Positions 34,157-42,911 of a DNA stretch of 42,911 nucleotides are shown here, piece by piece. Numbering within the stretch: the stretch's first letter is position 1; each line of letters starts with the position of its first letter. The position numbers and the translations under genes were made by a program. Below the pieces are notes generated by a model. It had not been told where the DNA came from. It did not search any database and worked only from the letters and a program-made list of their open reading frames with translations. This DNA comes from Candidatus Omnitrophota bacterium (GTDB lineage Bacteria > Omnitrophota > Gorgyraeia > 2-02-FULL-51-18), in contig JAHFFI010000002.1 of the NCBI GenBank assembly GCA_023248025.1, positions 1-42,911 on the forward strand. The letters run 5' to 3'.

Positions 34157-35620
34157 TTACGCACCGCCCAGTAGTACTTTGGTTGAAATAGATATCCAGT
34201 GAATGAAGATCTGCGGGAAAATACCAAAGAAAAAAAGCACTCCGACTAAAATGGCGCGCGGAATGAATTGGAAAAAATTAATGTCCTTGAAGTCCGAGTG
34301 ATGATGGTTGACGGGTCCGTAAAAGGTTTTTTGTACGGCCGTCAACACATAATACGCCGTGATGAGAAGCGCCACGATAGACGAGATCCCGATCCATGGG
34401 AAAGTGCTTATGGCCGCGATGGTGACCAAAAGCTCAGCCACGAAACTGCCCATACCCGGAAGTCCCAGACCGCAAAGTCCGGCCAGGATAAAAAATGCGG
34501 ATATTTTTGGAGCCTGTTTTGAAAGGCCGCCTAGTTCATCCAACATGCGTGTGTGGCACCCATCGTAGATAAACCCGACGCAAGCGAAAAAGAGCGCCGT
34601 CATGATGCCGTGGCTGAACATTTGAAAAATGGCGCCGTTGAAGCCTATGGGATTCATCGTAGCGATACCCAAAAGCACGATGCCCATGTGGCTGACACTT
34701 GAGAAACCGATCATGTATTTGAGATCTTTCTGCTGAGTCGCCACCATGGCTCCGTATACGATGTTGCAAAGTGCCAGCACCGCAATCGTGTGCGACCAAT
34801 ATTGCGCGCCATCGGGCAAAAGGTATACGCCGATACGCAGGATGCCAAAAGCACCCAGTTTCATGAGGACACCGGCATGCAGCATGCTTGCGGCGGTCGG
34901 AGCGGCTACGTGGCCGTCCGGAGACCATACATGGAAAGGAAAGCAGGCCGCCAACACACCAAAGCCCAGGAAAAGCGCCGCGAAAAGAATGTTCTGGATG
35001 TGAGGTGAAAATTGCACCTGTTCTTTGATCTGGAGCAGGTCAAATGTGCCCGCTCCGGGCATGCTGTAGATATAAAGGAATCCCGCGAACATGAGGGCGC
35101 TCCCGAGGAGCAGGTAGAGCGTCAGTTTCATGGCGGCGTATTGCTTATTGGTGGAGCCCCACACCACGATCAATAAATACATCGGGATTACCGCTACTTC
35201 ATAGAACAGAAAGAAAAAGAAAAGATTGGTTGTCATGAAAACACCGAATACGCCGACGACGAGGAAGAGCAGGTTCGCGTAAAAGTCCTTCACGCGGTAC
35301 GTTACCGTCCACGAAACCAGCGTTCCGCAGAAGATCACGATCGCGGTGAGCAGCAGCATCGAGACGTTGAGACCATCCACGGCATTGGAGTAATGGATAC
35401 CGTAGGCTTTGACCCATTCGATGTGTTCGACGTACTGAAATTTCGGATTGGTCGGATCAAAAAGGAAGCATAGCCACACAGACAGCGCGAGACTTGCCAG
35501 CGCCGAAACGGCCGAAACGACGCGGATCACATTCTCGTATTTGCGCGGTGTGAGAAGCACAAGAAATAGTCCGATGACCGGGCAAAGCAGTATGGAGCTA
35601 AGAATAGGGAAGTGTATCAT
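34157..35620 (-). CDS. nuoM: NADH-quinone oxidoreductase subunit M
   Basis: It is an antiporter-like subunit. The start is taken at MIHFPILS, which overlaps the nuoL stop (ATGA). Confidence 0.85.
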   Translation of the reverse strand: MIHFPILSSILLCPVIGLFLVLLTPRKYENVIRVVSAVSALASLALSVWLCFLFDPTNPKFQYVEHIEWVKAYGIHYSNAVDGLNVSMLLLTAIVIFCGTLVSWTVTYRVKDFYANLLFLVVGVFGVFMTTNLFFFFLFYEVAVIPMYLLIVVWGSTNKQYAAMKLTLYLLLGSALMFAGFLYIYSMPGAGTFDLLQIKEQVQFSPHIQNILFAALFLGFGVLAACFPFHVWSPDGHVAAPTAASMLHAGVLMKLGAFGILRIGVYLLPDGAQYWSHTIAVLALCNIVYGAMVATQQKDLKYMIGFSSVSHMGIVLLGIATMNPIGFNGAIFQMFSHGIMTALFFACVGFIYDGCHTRMLDELGGLSKQAPKISAFFILAGLCGLGLPGMGSFVAELLVTIAAISTFPWIGISSIVALLITAYYVLTAVQKTFYGPVNHHHSDFKDINFFQFIPRAILVGVLFFFGIFPQIFIHWISISTKVLLGGA

Positions 35621-37518
35621 CGCAGTGTGTAGAAAATTATGAGTACGCCCGCGCCAACTGCCCACAAAAGGTAGTTCTGCAGCAAGCCGTTTTGCAGTTT
35701 GGACGCGACGCGGCCGAGCCGCATCACGCTGAACGAACTTTGATTGACCATCATTTCATTGATAATCGTGCGGTCGAACCAGTTGAGCATCTTCGCGAAA
35801 ACGAGCCCGACCCGTTTTACAATAAATCCCAGGATATCGTCCATGAAAAAATTTCTTTCAAGCACAAATTTGACGAGGTTTTTACTGGTTTGGAGTTTTT
35901 CTTCAGCGGTCGCAGGATTACGGAACTGGAAGAAAGCGATAAGTAGAGCGGCGGTGATGAGGCCCGTTGTTGTCATGAAGATCTGTTTATCAAAATGTGT
36001 TTCATGTCCGCCCAGCCAATGCAAAATCTTGAAATGGCCCACGGGTGTACCGAGCGAACCGACCCAAAGCGAAATGCCCGCCAGTGAAATGAGAGGAAGC
36101 ACACGGCAAAGCGACATAACGAAAGTTTCCTTACGCTCGTTATGGAGATCATGGCCGCCAGGCGCTTCGGACCGTGAAAATAAGATCACAAAAAGAAGGC
36201 GGAAGGAATAATAGGCCGTGAGAAAACTTACGAAAAGCGCCGTACAATAAAATACAGCGCCTCTCTCCTTAAGGGTTTCCAGTATCATGTCTTTACTAAA
36301 AAACCCGGCGAAGGGGAAGATGCCTGAAAGTGAAAGTAGTCCAATACAGAGTACGCCCATCGTAAGAATGTCTTTTTTTCCGCCTTTTTTACCAATCTCC
36401 CAGATATCATTGGAATGGAAATGATGTATGAAAGCACCGGCACTCAAGAAAAGAAGAGATTTAAAAAAAGCATGGGTTGAGAGATGAAACATGCCGGCCA
36501 CCGACGAACCGGCACCCATACTCATGACCATGAGTCCGAGCTGGCTGATCGTGGAATACGCCAGAATTTTTTTGATATCTCTCTGAATCGTAGCAAGACA
36601 GGCACCCGTAATAGCCGTGAGCGAGCCTATGACTAAAATGAAATTCATGGTGACATGAGAAGCGGAAAAAAGCGGAAAAGCACGAGCCAAAAGAAAGACG
36701 CCCGCGGCCACCATGGTAGCCGAATGGATCAATGCGCTCACCGGCGTGGGACCTTCCATGGCATCCGGCAGCCAGACATGCAGAGGAAACTGAGCTGATT
36801 TTCCCATGATACCGGTGAATACCAGTATGCCCAGCAGAGCCAGGACTCCTGGAGTCAAAGCTGTTTGTAGTTTTTGAATTTCAAAGCTCTGAAAATTAAC
36901 GGTGCCAAAAATCATAAAGAGCCAGATAACGCCAAGATAAAATCCGAGGTCTCCCAGGCGGTTCAATACAAACGCTTTTCTCGCGGCGTCTCCGGCAGAT
37001 TTTTTTTCGTACCAGAAACCAATCAGAAGATAGGAGGAAAGGCCCACGAGCTCCCAGAAAATGAACGTCTGCATAAGATTGTTTGAAAGAACCAGGCCGG
37101 TCATTGAGAATGAGAAAAGGCTTAAAAAAGCAAAATACCGCGGCCGTGAAGGGTCACTTTCCATGTAGTATGCCGAGAAGACCTGAACAAAAAAGCTGAT
37201 CACCGTGACGATGACGATCATAAGCAGGTTCAATTTATCGACGAGGAAGCCGAAGCGCATGACGTACTGCTCGATGGGGACGCCGTAATAGATACGAAAA
37301 TCCGCAACCTCGAGCCATTTGTATAAATACTGGATGGGAAGAAGGCCTTTATCATCCGCATGCACCCATAAAAGAAAGAGTGCCACCGCTGCGGCCAATG
37401 CGGATCCGAGAATACCGATGATGGGTGCAATTTTCTTGAAAGACTTTGGGCATAGCTGAATTTTTATGAACGCAAGAAGCGGCGCCAGCTGTATGACCCA
37501 AAGAAGCCAAAGTTCCAT
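35617..37518 (-). CDS. nuoL: NADH-quinone oxidoreductase subunit L
   Basis: It is a 633-aa antiporter-like subunit with a C-terminal lateral-helix extension. Confidence 0.9.
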   Translation of the reverse strand: MELWLLWVIQLAPLLAFIKIQLCPKSFKKIAPIIGILGSALAAAVALFLLWVHADDKGLLPIQYLYKWLEVADFRIYYGVPIEQYVMRFGFLVDKLNLLMIVIVTVISFFVQVFSAYYMESDPSRPRYFAFLSLFSFSMTGLVLSNNLMQTFIFWELVGLSSYLLIGFWYEKKSAGDAARKAFVLNRLGDLGFYLGVIWLFMIFGTVNFQSFEIQKLQTALTPGVLALLGILVFTGIMGKSAQFPLHVWLPDAMEGPTPVSALIHSATMVAAGVFLLARAFPLFSASHVTMNFILVIGSLTAITGACLATIQRDIKKILAYSTISQLGLMVMSMGAGSSVAGMFHLSTHAFFKSLLFLSAGAFIHHFHSNDIWEIGKKGGKKDILTMGVLCIGLLSLSGIFPFAGFFSKDMILETLKERGAVFYCTALFVSFLTAYYSFRLLFVILFSRSEAPGGHDLHNERKETFVMSLCRVLPLISLAGISLWVGSLGTPVGHFKILHWLGGHETHFDKQIFMTTTGLITAALLIAFFQFRNPATAEEKLQTSKNLVKFVLERNFFMDDILGFIVKRVGLVFAKMLNWFDRTIINEMMVNQSSFSVMRLGRVASKLQNGLLQNYLLWAVGAGVLIIFYTLR

Positions 37519-37520
37519 GA

Positions 37521-37844
37521 TTATCCTTTTAACTCGTTTACTTTATCAATATCGATCGTCTGCGACCGGCGGTGAAGCAAAAGAATAAGCGCCAGCGCCA
37601 CACAGACTTCGGCCGCGGCCAGGGCTATGATAAACAAGACGAATGTCTGGCCCGCGGCTTTGTCGGTCATCGAAAAGCGGTTGAACGCGAGAAAATTGAT
37701 GCTCGCCGAATTCAAAATAAGCTCAAGTGAGATGAGCACTCCGATGAGGTTGCGGCGCGACAGGAGACCAAAGATTCCCATTGAAAAAAGCGCCGTCGAC
37801 AGAATCAGGTAGGTCTCTAAATGATGACTGAGTGTAGAAGTCAT
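37521..37844 (-). CDS. nuoK: NADH-quinone oxidoreductase subunit K
   Basis: It is a 107-aa three-TM protein with the NuoK-like motif LISLELILNS. Confidence 0.9.
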   Translation of the reverse strand: MTSTLSHHLETYLILSTALFSMGIFGLLSRRNLIGVLISLELILNSASINFLAFNRFSMTDKAAGQTFVLFIIALAAAEVCVALALILLLHRRSQTIDIDKVNELKG

Positions 37845-37990
37845 CCCAAAACCCTCCTCGGACTGCGACGTCTTCTGACGGCCTGCGACTTTGCCGTATT
37901 CGTCGTCCCTATCGCAGAGGATAGGGCCTCCTCATCCGGCTTCGTCTCGGCTCGCCATAAGCCGTCTCGTTTACTGAGGAGAGTTTCGGG
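37845..37990 (-). promoter_or_regulatory. Structured 146-nt intergenic RNA element between nuoJ and nuoK that sequesters the nuoK SD
   Basis: In mRNA sense, CCCGAAACUCUCCUC (37990-37976) pairs with GAGGAGGGUUUUGGG (37859-37845) over 15 bp, including 2 G-U pairs. The 3' arm contains GGAGG and abuts the nuoK AUG. Internal hairpins are CGGCUU/AAGCCG, CCCUAUC/GAUAGGG and CGUC-AGAA-GACG. Confidence 0.5.
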
Positions 37991-38001
37991 ATGACTTCTG
38001 A

Positions 38002-38514
38002 TCATTTGGAAGCACCGCCCTTTTTGTCAGATAAAATGAAGGCGCCGATGATGGCGACCAAAAGTATGAGCGAGATCGCTTCGAATGGAAGCACCGCTTG
38101 GGATAAGAGTGTTCGGCCGATAGCGTCGATGGAATAGTCTCCTTCCTGAGGGACCAGATTCCAATGCGTCCGGCGGAGGATGCGCACAACGCCCAAAAAA
38201 AGGAGGCCCGATACGCCGAGTGCCGCGAAGATGCGCCTGCCGCCGATATCGATATGTTTCTGGAACATGGGACGGGAAAGCATGATGGCAAAGATAATGG
38301 CGATTGAAATAGCGCCGATGTAGACAATGACCTCCATGACGGCGAGGAATTCTCCCTGAAGATAGATAAAGATACCGGCCACGCCGAATAGACATAAGAT
38401 CAGCGCCAGCGCGTTGTAAAAAACATTTTTTAGCGCCACGGCGAGCAACCCGCCAAAAAGCGTCAAGGCCGCAAGAACCATGAAGACGATCTCTGAAATT
38501 TGAGAGGATGTCAT
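38002..38514 (-). CDS. nuoJ: NADH-quinone oxidoreductase subunit J
   Basis: It is a 170-aa five-TM protein located between nuoI and nuoK. Confidence 0.85.
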   Translation of the reverse strand: MTSSQISEIVFMVLAALTLFGGLLAVALKNVFYNALALILCLFGVAGIFIYLQGEFLAVMEVIVYIGAISIAIIFAIMLSRPMFQKHIDIGGRRIFAALGVSGLLFLGVVRILRRTHWNLVPQEGDYSIDAIGRTLLSQAVLPFEAISLILLVAIIGAFILSDKKGGASK

Positions 38515-38981
38515 GAGACGGTGGGAATCTGTGTCAAAGGTGTTTTCCTGTCTATGAATGGTTTTAAAAGATCCATGTTCATGCCGGCCTGCGTTGCCGA
38601 GACCATGTCATAATTGGGATCGTCATGTTTTAGGGCGTCGGTCGGACAGACGTCGATGCAAAGCGAGCAGAGAGAGCAAAGCATGTAATTCACATGAAAA
38701 TCGGTCAGCACACGTTTGCCGTCGACGGCGCTTTTCTGGGCGACGAGCGACATGCAGCGCGACGGGCAGGTCTTGATGCAGGCATTGCATGCGATGCATT
38801 TGTGATCGCCGTTCTTCTCATCTACGACAAACGCGATGGGACCTTTGAAACGCTTCATCGGGATGCGCTCTTTGGGATAAATGACCGTAACCGGTTTTTT
38901 AAAAAGATAACGCAGCGTGATGCCAAGGCCCACGACCAGGCTCCAGGCGCCTTCAAGGATGTCTTTAAAGTAGCGTATCAT
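38511..38981 (-). CDS. nuoI: NADH-quinone oxidoreductase subunit I (2x[4Fe-4S] ferredoxin)
   Basis: It has two CxxCxxCxxxCP motifs (CIACNACIKTCP and CSLCSLCIDVCP). Confidence 0.9.
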   Translation of the reverse strand: MIRYFKDILEGAWSLVVGLGITLRYLFKKPVTVIYPKERIPMKRFKGPIAFVVDEKNGDHKCIACNACIKTCPSRCMSLVAQKSAVDGKRVLTDFHVNYMLCSLCSLCIDVCPTDALKHDDPNYDMVSATQAGMNMDLLKPFIDRKTPLTQIPTVS

Positions 38982-39949
38982 TATGCCAGCATCTTTTGTA
39001 TCGTTAGCATGAGCGCCGTGACGAGCACATTGGCCAGTGCGAACGGGATTAATATTTTCCAGCAGAAACTCATCAACTGGTCGCTTCTAAGGCGCGGGAA
39101 ACTCCATCGCACCCACATGATAGTAAAAACGAGAAAATATATTTTGAGAACAAGCCATACGGGGCCCAACGCTTCAGGTCCTGGCCCCTGCCAGCCGCCG
39201 AGGAACAGTGTAGCCGCGATGGCCGAAGAAATAAAGATCGCCGTGTATTCCCCCAGAAAAAAAAGCGCAAAACGCATGCCGGAATATTCGGTGTGAAACC
39301 CGGCCACAAGCTCGGACTCGGCCTCTGGTATATCGAACGGCGCCCGGTTGGCTTCGGCCAGCGACGCGCAGAAGAAAATAATAAAAGCAATAGGCTGGGT
39401 GAGAACAAACCAGATCTTGTCCTGGGCCTCCACGATTCGCGTCATCTGAAGGGTCCCCGTACCCATCACGATGCCCATTGTAGAGAGAATAAGCGGAATT
39501 TCATAAGAAATATTCTGCGCAACCGCGCGCATGGAGCCAAGCAGCGCGTATTTATTGTTCGAAGACCAGCCTGCGATGAAGATGCCGATGAAGCTGATAT
39601 TCGTCAGAGAGAATACGAGCAGATACCCGACATTCAAATCTTGAATAATGAAATTCTTTGAAAGCGGAATGATGATAAACGCCGACAGGATGGGAGCAAA
39701 AGCCAGCATCGGCGCCAGCGCGTAGCCGAACTTATCCGACTGGCTGGGATGAACGAGTTCTTTGCTCAGGAGTTTAAGCGCGTCAGCGACGGTTTGTAAA
39801 AGTCCCATGGGACCCACATGCAGGGGACCGCGGCGCAGCTGAATACGGGCTGAGACCTTTCTTTCCATCCAGACGAGAAAGAGCGCATTCACGGAAACGA
39901 AAAGAATAGCGATGGTGCCGAGCAGAACGATCCTTAAGATCTCCGTCAT
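38981..39949 (-). CDS. nuoH: NADH-quinone oxidoreductase subunit H
   Basis: It is an eight-TM protein with the NuoH motifs ERKVSARIQLRRGP and PFDIPEAESELVAGFHTEYSG. Confidence 0.9.
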   Translation of the reverse strand: MTEILRIVLLGTIAILFVSVNALFLVWMERKVSARIQLRRGPLHVGPMGLLQTVADALKLLSKELVHPSQSDKFGYALAPMLAFAPILSAFIIIPLSKNFIIQDLNVGYLLVFSLTNISFIGIFIAGWSSNNKYALLGSMRAVAQNISYEIPLILSTMGIVMGTGTLQMTRIVEAQDKIWFVLTQPIAFIIFFCASLAEANRAPFDIPEAESELVAGFHTEYSGMRFALFFLGEYTAIFISSAIAATLFLGGWQGPGPEALGPVWLVLKIYFLVFTIMWVRWSFPRLRSDQLMSFCWKILIPFALANVLVTALMLTIQKMLA

Positions 39950-41574
39950 CGGTCGATCTCCGGCAGAACGATATCGATGCTTCCGAGAATAGCGATGATG
40001 TCCGACATGAGATTACCGGGAACGACGTCGATAAGAGAATTTAAATTTGAAAAAGAAGGCGTTCTGAGTTTGATACGGTATGGGTTGAGCGTGCCGTCGC
40101 TCACAAGATAAATGCCAAAACTGCCCCGCGCGGATTCCACAGCGGAATAATATTCACCCTTGGGAACGTTTTTCGGGAGTTTCCCCAAAGTGGTCTCGCC
40201 GGCCGGAAGTTTTTCCATCACCTGCGTTATGATCTTGAGACATTCCTGCATCTCGCGGAAACGCACGCGATAACGCGCATAAACGTCGCCGTCGGTTTCG
40301 GTCGGGATGTCAAAATCCAACTGCGGATAAATAGAATAGGGTTCCCCGCGGCGAAGATCGAGCGGCACTCCGCACGCGCGCAGAGACGGGCCCGTTACGC
40401 CGTAAGCGACGGCATTTTCTTTACTCATGACGCCGACGCCCCTCGTGCGGTGTTTGAAAATGACGTTTTTTGTGACTAGCGCGTCGTAATCGCGCAGGCG
40501 TTTTTTAAAATGAGGGATAAATTCTTTGATGGCAGGTATCATTTCGGCCGGAATATCCTTGTCAAGACCTCCAAAACGGAAATAATCGTAGGTCAGGCGC
40601 TCGCCGGTGGCCATTTCCAGTATATCGAGAATCTTTTCACGGTCGTCGAAGCAATAAAAGAAAGGCGTGAAGCCTCCGAGGTCCAAAAGAAAAGTGCCCA
40701 TCCACAAAAGGTGACTCGCGATGCGGTTGAGCTCGGTTGTCAGTACGCGTATGTATTCCACGCGCGGCGGGGGAGTCAGACCCATGGCTTTTTCAATAAG
40801 AAGCGCATAGCCAAAATTGTAGCTCATAGCGCCCACGTAATCGAGACGTCCCATATTGGGCCAGCAGGCCGTATAATTTTGAATCTCCATCATTTTTTCG
40901 TGATGGCGGTGCGAATAGCCAATGATAGGCTCGGCGTCCAGCAGGCGCTCGCCGTTCATGTGCAAGAGCACGCGCAAGACCCCGTGCGTGGAAGGATGCT
41001 GTGGACCGAGATTAAGATAATAGTCCTTATTATTGTGCTCAGTGACGCTCTTAGGATAGGCCACCTCGAAGCCTTCCTTGTCTTCGGCGATAAGTTTAAG
41101 CGACTGCTTTACGTCTGAACCCGCCGGCTCGCCCTTGAAGCTTTTTAAAAGAGGGTGAATGTCCGAGCTGTCGGGTAAAAGCAGGCGCTTGAGATTGGGG
41201 TGACCGACGAAATGAATACCGAACATGTCGAAAAGCTCGCGTTCGAACCAATTGGCGGATTTATAGACAGAGGAAATGCTGGGCGCCTTGTTCAGTTCTT
41301 TGGGGACGAGGATTTTCACGCAAGAGCGTTTGGCATCGTCCCAGCGGTTGAAATGATACACCAGCTCAAAGCACTCCGAAAAATCAACCGCAGTCAGAGA
41401 CTCAAGAAAATAGTTTTGAGATAAAAATTCGGCCGCGACGTCGAATATTTTATCTGCGGATACGACGGCTTCAAAAATTATGCCGGACGTTTTGAAATCC
41501 TTCGTATTAAATTCCTCAAGGCTAATAATGTCCTTGAGCCAGACTTGAATATCGTTTGCAGTTGTGGCCGGCAT
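39946..41574 (-). CDS. nuoCD: Fused NADH-quinone oxidoreductase subunits C and D
   Basis: The 542-aa product has an N-terminal NuoC-like part (ANWFERE.FDMFGI.F.GHP) and a C-terminal NuoD part (LNLGPQHPSTHGVLR ... DIVLPEIDR). Confidence 0.9.
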   Translation of the reverse strand: MPATTANDIQVWLKDIISLEEFNTKDFKTSGIIFEAVVSADKIFDVAAEFLSQNYFLESLTAVDFSECFELVYHFNRWDDAKRSCVKILVPKELNKAPSISSVYKSANWFERELFDMFGIHFVGHPNLKRLLLPDSSDIHPLLKSFKGEPAGSDVKQSLKLIAEDKEGFEVAYPKSVTEHNNKDYYLNLGPQHPSTHGVLRVLLHMNGERLLDAEPIIGYSHRHHEKMMEIQNYTACWPNMGRLDYVGAMSYNFGYALLIEKAMGLTPPPRVEYIRVLTTELNRIASHLLWMGTFLLDLGGFTPFFYCFDDREKILDILEMATGERLTYDYFRFGGLDKDIPAEMIPAIKEFIPHFKKRLRDYDALVTKNVIFKHRTRGVGVMSKENAVAYGVTGPSLRACGVPLDLRRGEPYSIYPQLDFDIPTETDGDVYARYRVRFREMQECLKIITQVMEKLPAGETTLGKLPKNVPKGEYYSAVESARGSFGIYLVSDGTLNPYRIKLRTPSFSNLNSLIDVVPGNLMSDIIAILGSIDIVLPEIDR

Positions 41575-41577
41575 TGG

Positions 41578-42237
41578 TTAACTCTGAGGCGCTGCCGGGG
41601 GAGGCACCGCCGGAGCGGCGACGACTGCGGGTTTTCTGAATTCGACGCGTGAAATGGCATTTTTGTATTCGGCGGGACGGCTATCCTGTGAATCATGAAC
41701 GACAGCCGGCATCATGACGCCTTGGGCTTTTCCGGATTTAATTTGTTTTTCGAGTTCGAGAATACCGGCAATGAGCGCCTCCGGGCGCGGCGGACAGCCG
41801 GGCACGTAAACATTAACCGGGATAATTTTGTCTATGCCTTCTAAAATCCCGTATTGGCCGGGATATTTGAACGGTCCTCCCGCTGTAGCGCAACCACCCA
41901 TCGCGATCACATATTTGGGAGAGGGCATCTGGTCGTATAAAGTTTTGATGCAAGGCACCATTTTTCTCGAGATGGTGCCGGCGACTATCATAAGATCCGC
42001 CTGGCGAGGCGAGGGACGGAATACGCCGAAACCGAAGCGGTCCATGTCGAAACGGGCGGCGCCTCCCGCCATGAGCTCAATCGCGCAGCAGGCCAGTCCA
42101 AACGTGAGCGGCCAAAGCGAATTGGCGCGAGCCAGATTCAGCACGTCTTCAACACGGAAAAGGTTTAAAACTCCCGGAGCGGGCGAGTAAGTTTCGGCGT
42201 TTACAGGCATGGTTTCGTGCATCGGCGTCATTTCCAT
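41578..42237 (-). CDS. nuoB: NADH-quinone oxidoreductase subunit B (with a Pro/Ala-rich C-terminal tail)
   Basis: It has the N2-cluster motifs [12 protein letters not shown] and YVPGCPP. The exact start is uncertain. Confidence 0.9.
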   Translation of the reverse strand: MEMTPMHETMPVNAETYSPAPGVLNLFRVEDVLNLARANSLWPLTFGLACCAIELMAGGAARFDMDRFGFGVFRPSPRQADLMIVAGTISRKMVPCIKTLYDQMPSPKYVIAMGGCATAGGPFKYPGQYGILEGIDKIIPVNVYVPGCPPRPEALIAGILELEKQIKSGKAQGVMMPAVVHDSQDSRPAEYKNAISRVEFRKPAVVAAPAVPPPAAPQS

Positions 42238-42593
42238 TCAAATAGTCCTTTTTTCCAACCGTAAAGAATGGCGACGGAGAGGATGGCCAGGAACATGGTG
42301 ATCTCAAAAAGCGCTACGGGACTGGCAAGGGTGCCGTAAATTTTTAAAACAGGAAAAAGAAATACGGTTTCTACGTCGAAGGCGATGAAAATCAGAGCGA
42401 AAAGATAGTAATTGATGTCAAACTGCACCCATGCGCTGCCTATGGGGACTTCGCCGCTTTCGTAGGGGTCGTTTGCACGACTGCCGAGACTGCGATGACT
42501 AATGAGAAGCGGAAGGATCGTGTTTACAACGACGAAACCAGCGCCAATTACAAGGAAGCCAAGAACGTAAGCGTAATTATGAAGCAAAGACAT
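42228..42593 (-). CDS. nuoA: NADH-quinone oxidoreductase subunit A
   Basis: The start is taken at MSLLHNYAY, giving 121 aa. The longer ORF-track start at 42644 would lie inside the promoter. It is a three-TM protein with the motif YESGE. Confidence 0.85.
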   Translation of the reverse strand: MSLLHNYAYVLGFLVIGAGFVVVNTILPLLISHRSLGSRANDPYESGEVPIGSAWVQFDINYYLFALIFIAFDVETVFLFPVLKIYGTLASPVALFEITMFLAILSVAILYGWKKGLFEWK

Positions 42594-42620
42594 ACCATCG
42601 CACCAAGTTTTATGGGTGTC

Positions 42621-42649
42621 AGTATATAAAAAATGCACACGCAAGTCAA
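42621..42649 (-). promoter_or_regulatory. Sigma70 promoter of the nuo operon
   Basis: The minus strand reads TTGACT (42644-42649), a 17-nt spacer, then TATACT (42621-42626). Confidence 0.65.
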
Positions 42650-42669
42650 ACGAAGACAGTTAAATACAA

Positions 42670-42911
42670 ATAGTCTATCAATCCGCGTAACCGACGGGGC
42701 CTGGCTCGGGCGCGCCCTATTTGTCCTCGCCCTTACGGGCTCCGGGCAAATAGGGACCGCACCACTCGCCACCCGTCGGGTTGTCTGGGTCTTAAGATAG
42801 AACACTCTATTAGCGAATGGTCTAGGACCCCGGAAGTAGTCCTTGGGGGCGCGTTTGTCGTTTGCGAGCCACGGAAACCTACTTTTACACACGAGCAAAC
42901 GACAATCGAGC
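42670..42911 (+). repeat. Structured repeat element, copy D (plus sense, truncated by the window end)
   Basis: It is collinear with the first ~240 nt of copies B and C. It begins about 20 nt beyond the nuo -35 and runs in the divergent orientation. Confidence 0.8.

Noticed and set aside
37900-37960. A GATGAG...stem...CGAA arrangement in the nuoJ-nuoK element is reminiscent of a hammerhead ribozyme core.
   Set aside because: The core reads GGAUGAG rather than CUGAUGA, so the conserved U4 is missing. The putative stem II is not contiguous with the core, and no GUH cleavage site sits in the proper context.
42548-42898. A 116-aa minus-strand ORF spans the nuo promoter and repeat copy D.
   Set aside because: It runs through the promoter and the repeat. 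A similar ORF artefact appears in copy C (24628-24933). It has no RBS.
12912-42911. I considered whether the four large repeats could be a CRISPR array or rRNA/tRNA-derived repeats.
   Set aside because: The repeat units are about 400 nt, lie kilobases apart, occur in both orientations and are individually diverged. This is not CRISPR architecture, and they show no similarity to rRNA or tRNA.

Overview
This is a 42.9-kb bacterial chromosomal segment, densely packed with housekeeping genes on both strands. I cannot assign a taxon from the sequence alone.

Gene content, left to right:
- tRNA-Glu(CUC), a PG-binding lipoprotein and sodC.
- A sensor kinase and a receiver-only response regulator, translationally coupled to a livKHMGF-type branched-chain amino-acid ABC transporter.
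- A D-Ala-D-Ala carboxypeptidase, a YhiN-type flavoprotein, maf and greA, with dusB on the minus strand.
- typA and rluB.
- A small promoter, leader and attenuator unit, then an ABC-2 exporter on the minus strand.
- A second PG-binding lipoprotein, an ABM-like protein, mgtE, a Nudix hydrolase, a FecR-like protein and a GT39 (ArnT-like) glycosyltransferase.
- A pfkB-family kinase, a 2-Cys peroxiredoxin and cca.
- Two paralogous HTH_17 (excisionase-type) mini-regulators. One heads a CDF transporter, receiver, short-T-loop PII and membrane protein cluster. The other heads a NYN (YacP/Rae1-like) and rlmI cluster.
- A secreted beta-propeller protein.
- An 11-subunit nuoA-B-CD-H-I-J-K-L-M-N operon on the minus strand, with no nuoEFG.

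The most unusual signal is non-coding. Four homologous copies of a ~360-420-nt highly structured intergenic element lie at 12912-13330 (minus sense), 16037-16457, 24580-24937 and 42670 to the window end. They have imperfect terminal inverted repeats, a conserved 24-bp internal helix, several fully compensatory stem substitutions between copies, and strand-asymmetric G-U wobbles. No transposase, reverse transcriptase or nuclease gene is adjacent to any copy.

Other unexplained structured non-coding segments:
- A 182-nt perfect-stem hairpin built from inverted copies of the tRNA-Glu 3' end (135-316), next to another closed domain (11-134).
- A 146-nt structured insert between nuoJ and nuoK (37845-37990) whose closing helix sequesters the nuoK Shine-Dalgarno.
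- A terminator/antiterminator leader at 16794-17035.

I saw no CRISPR array, rRNA or recognisable IS or phage genes.
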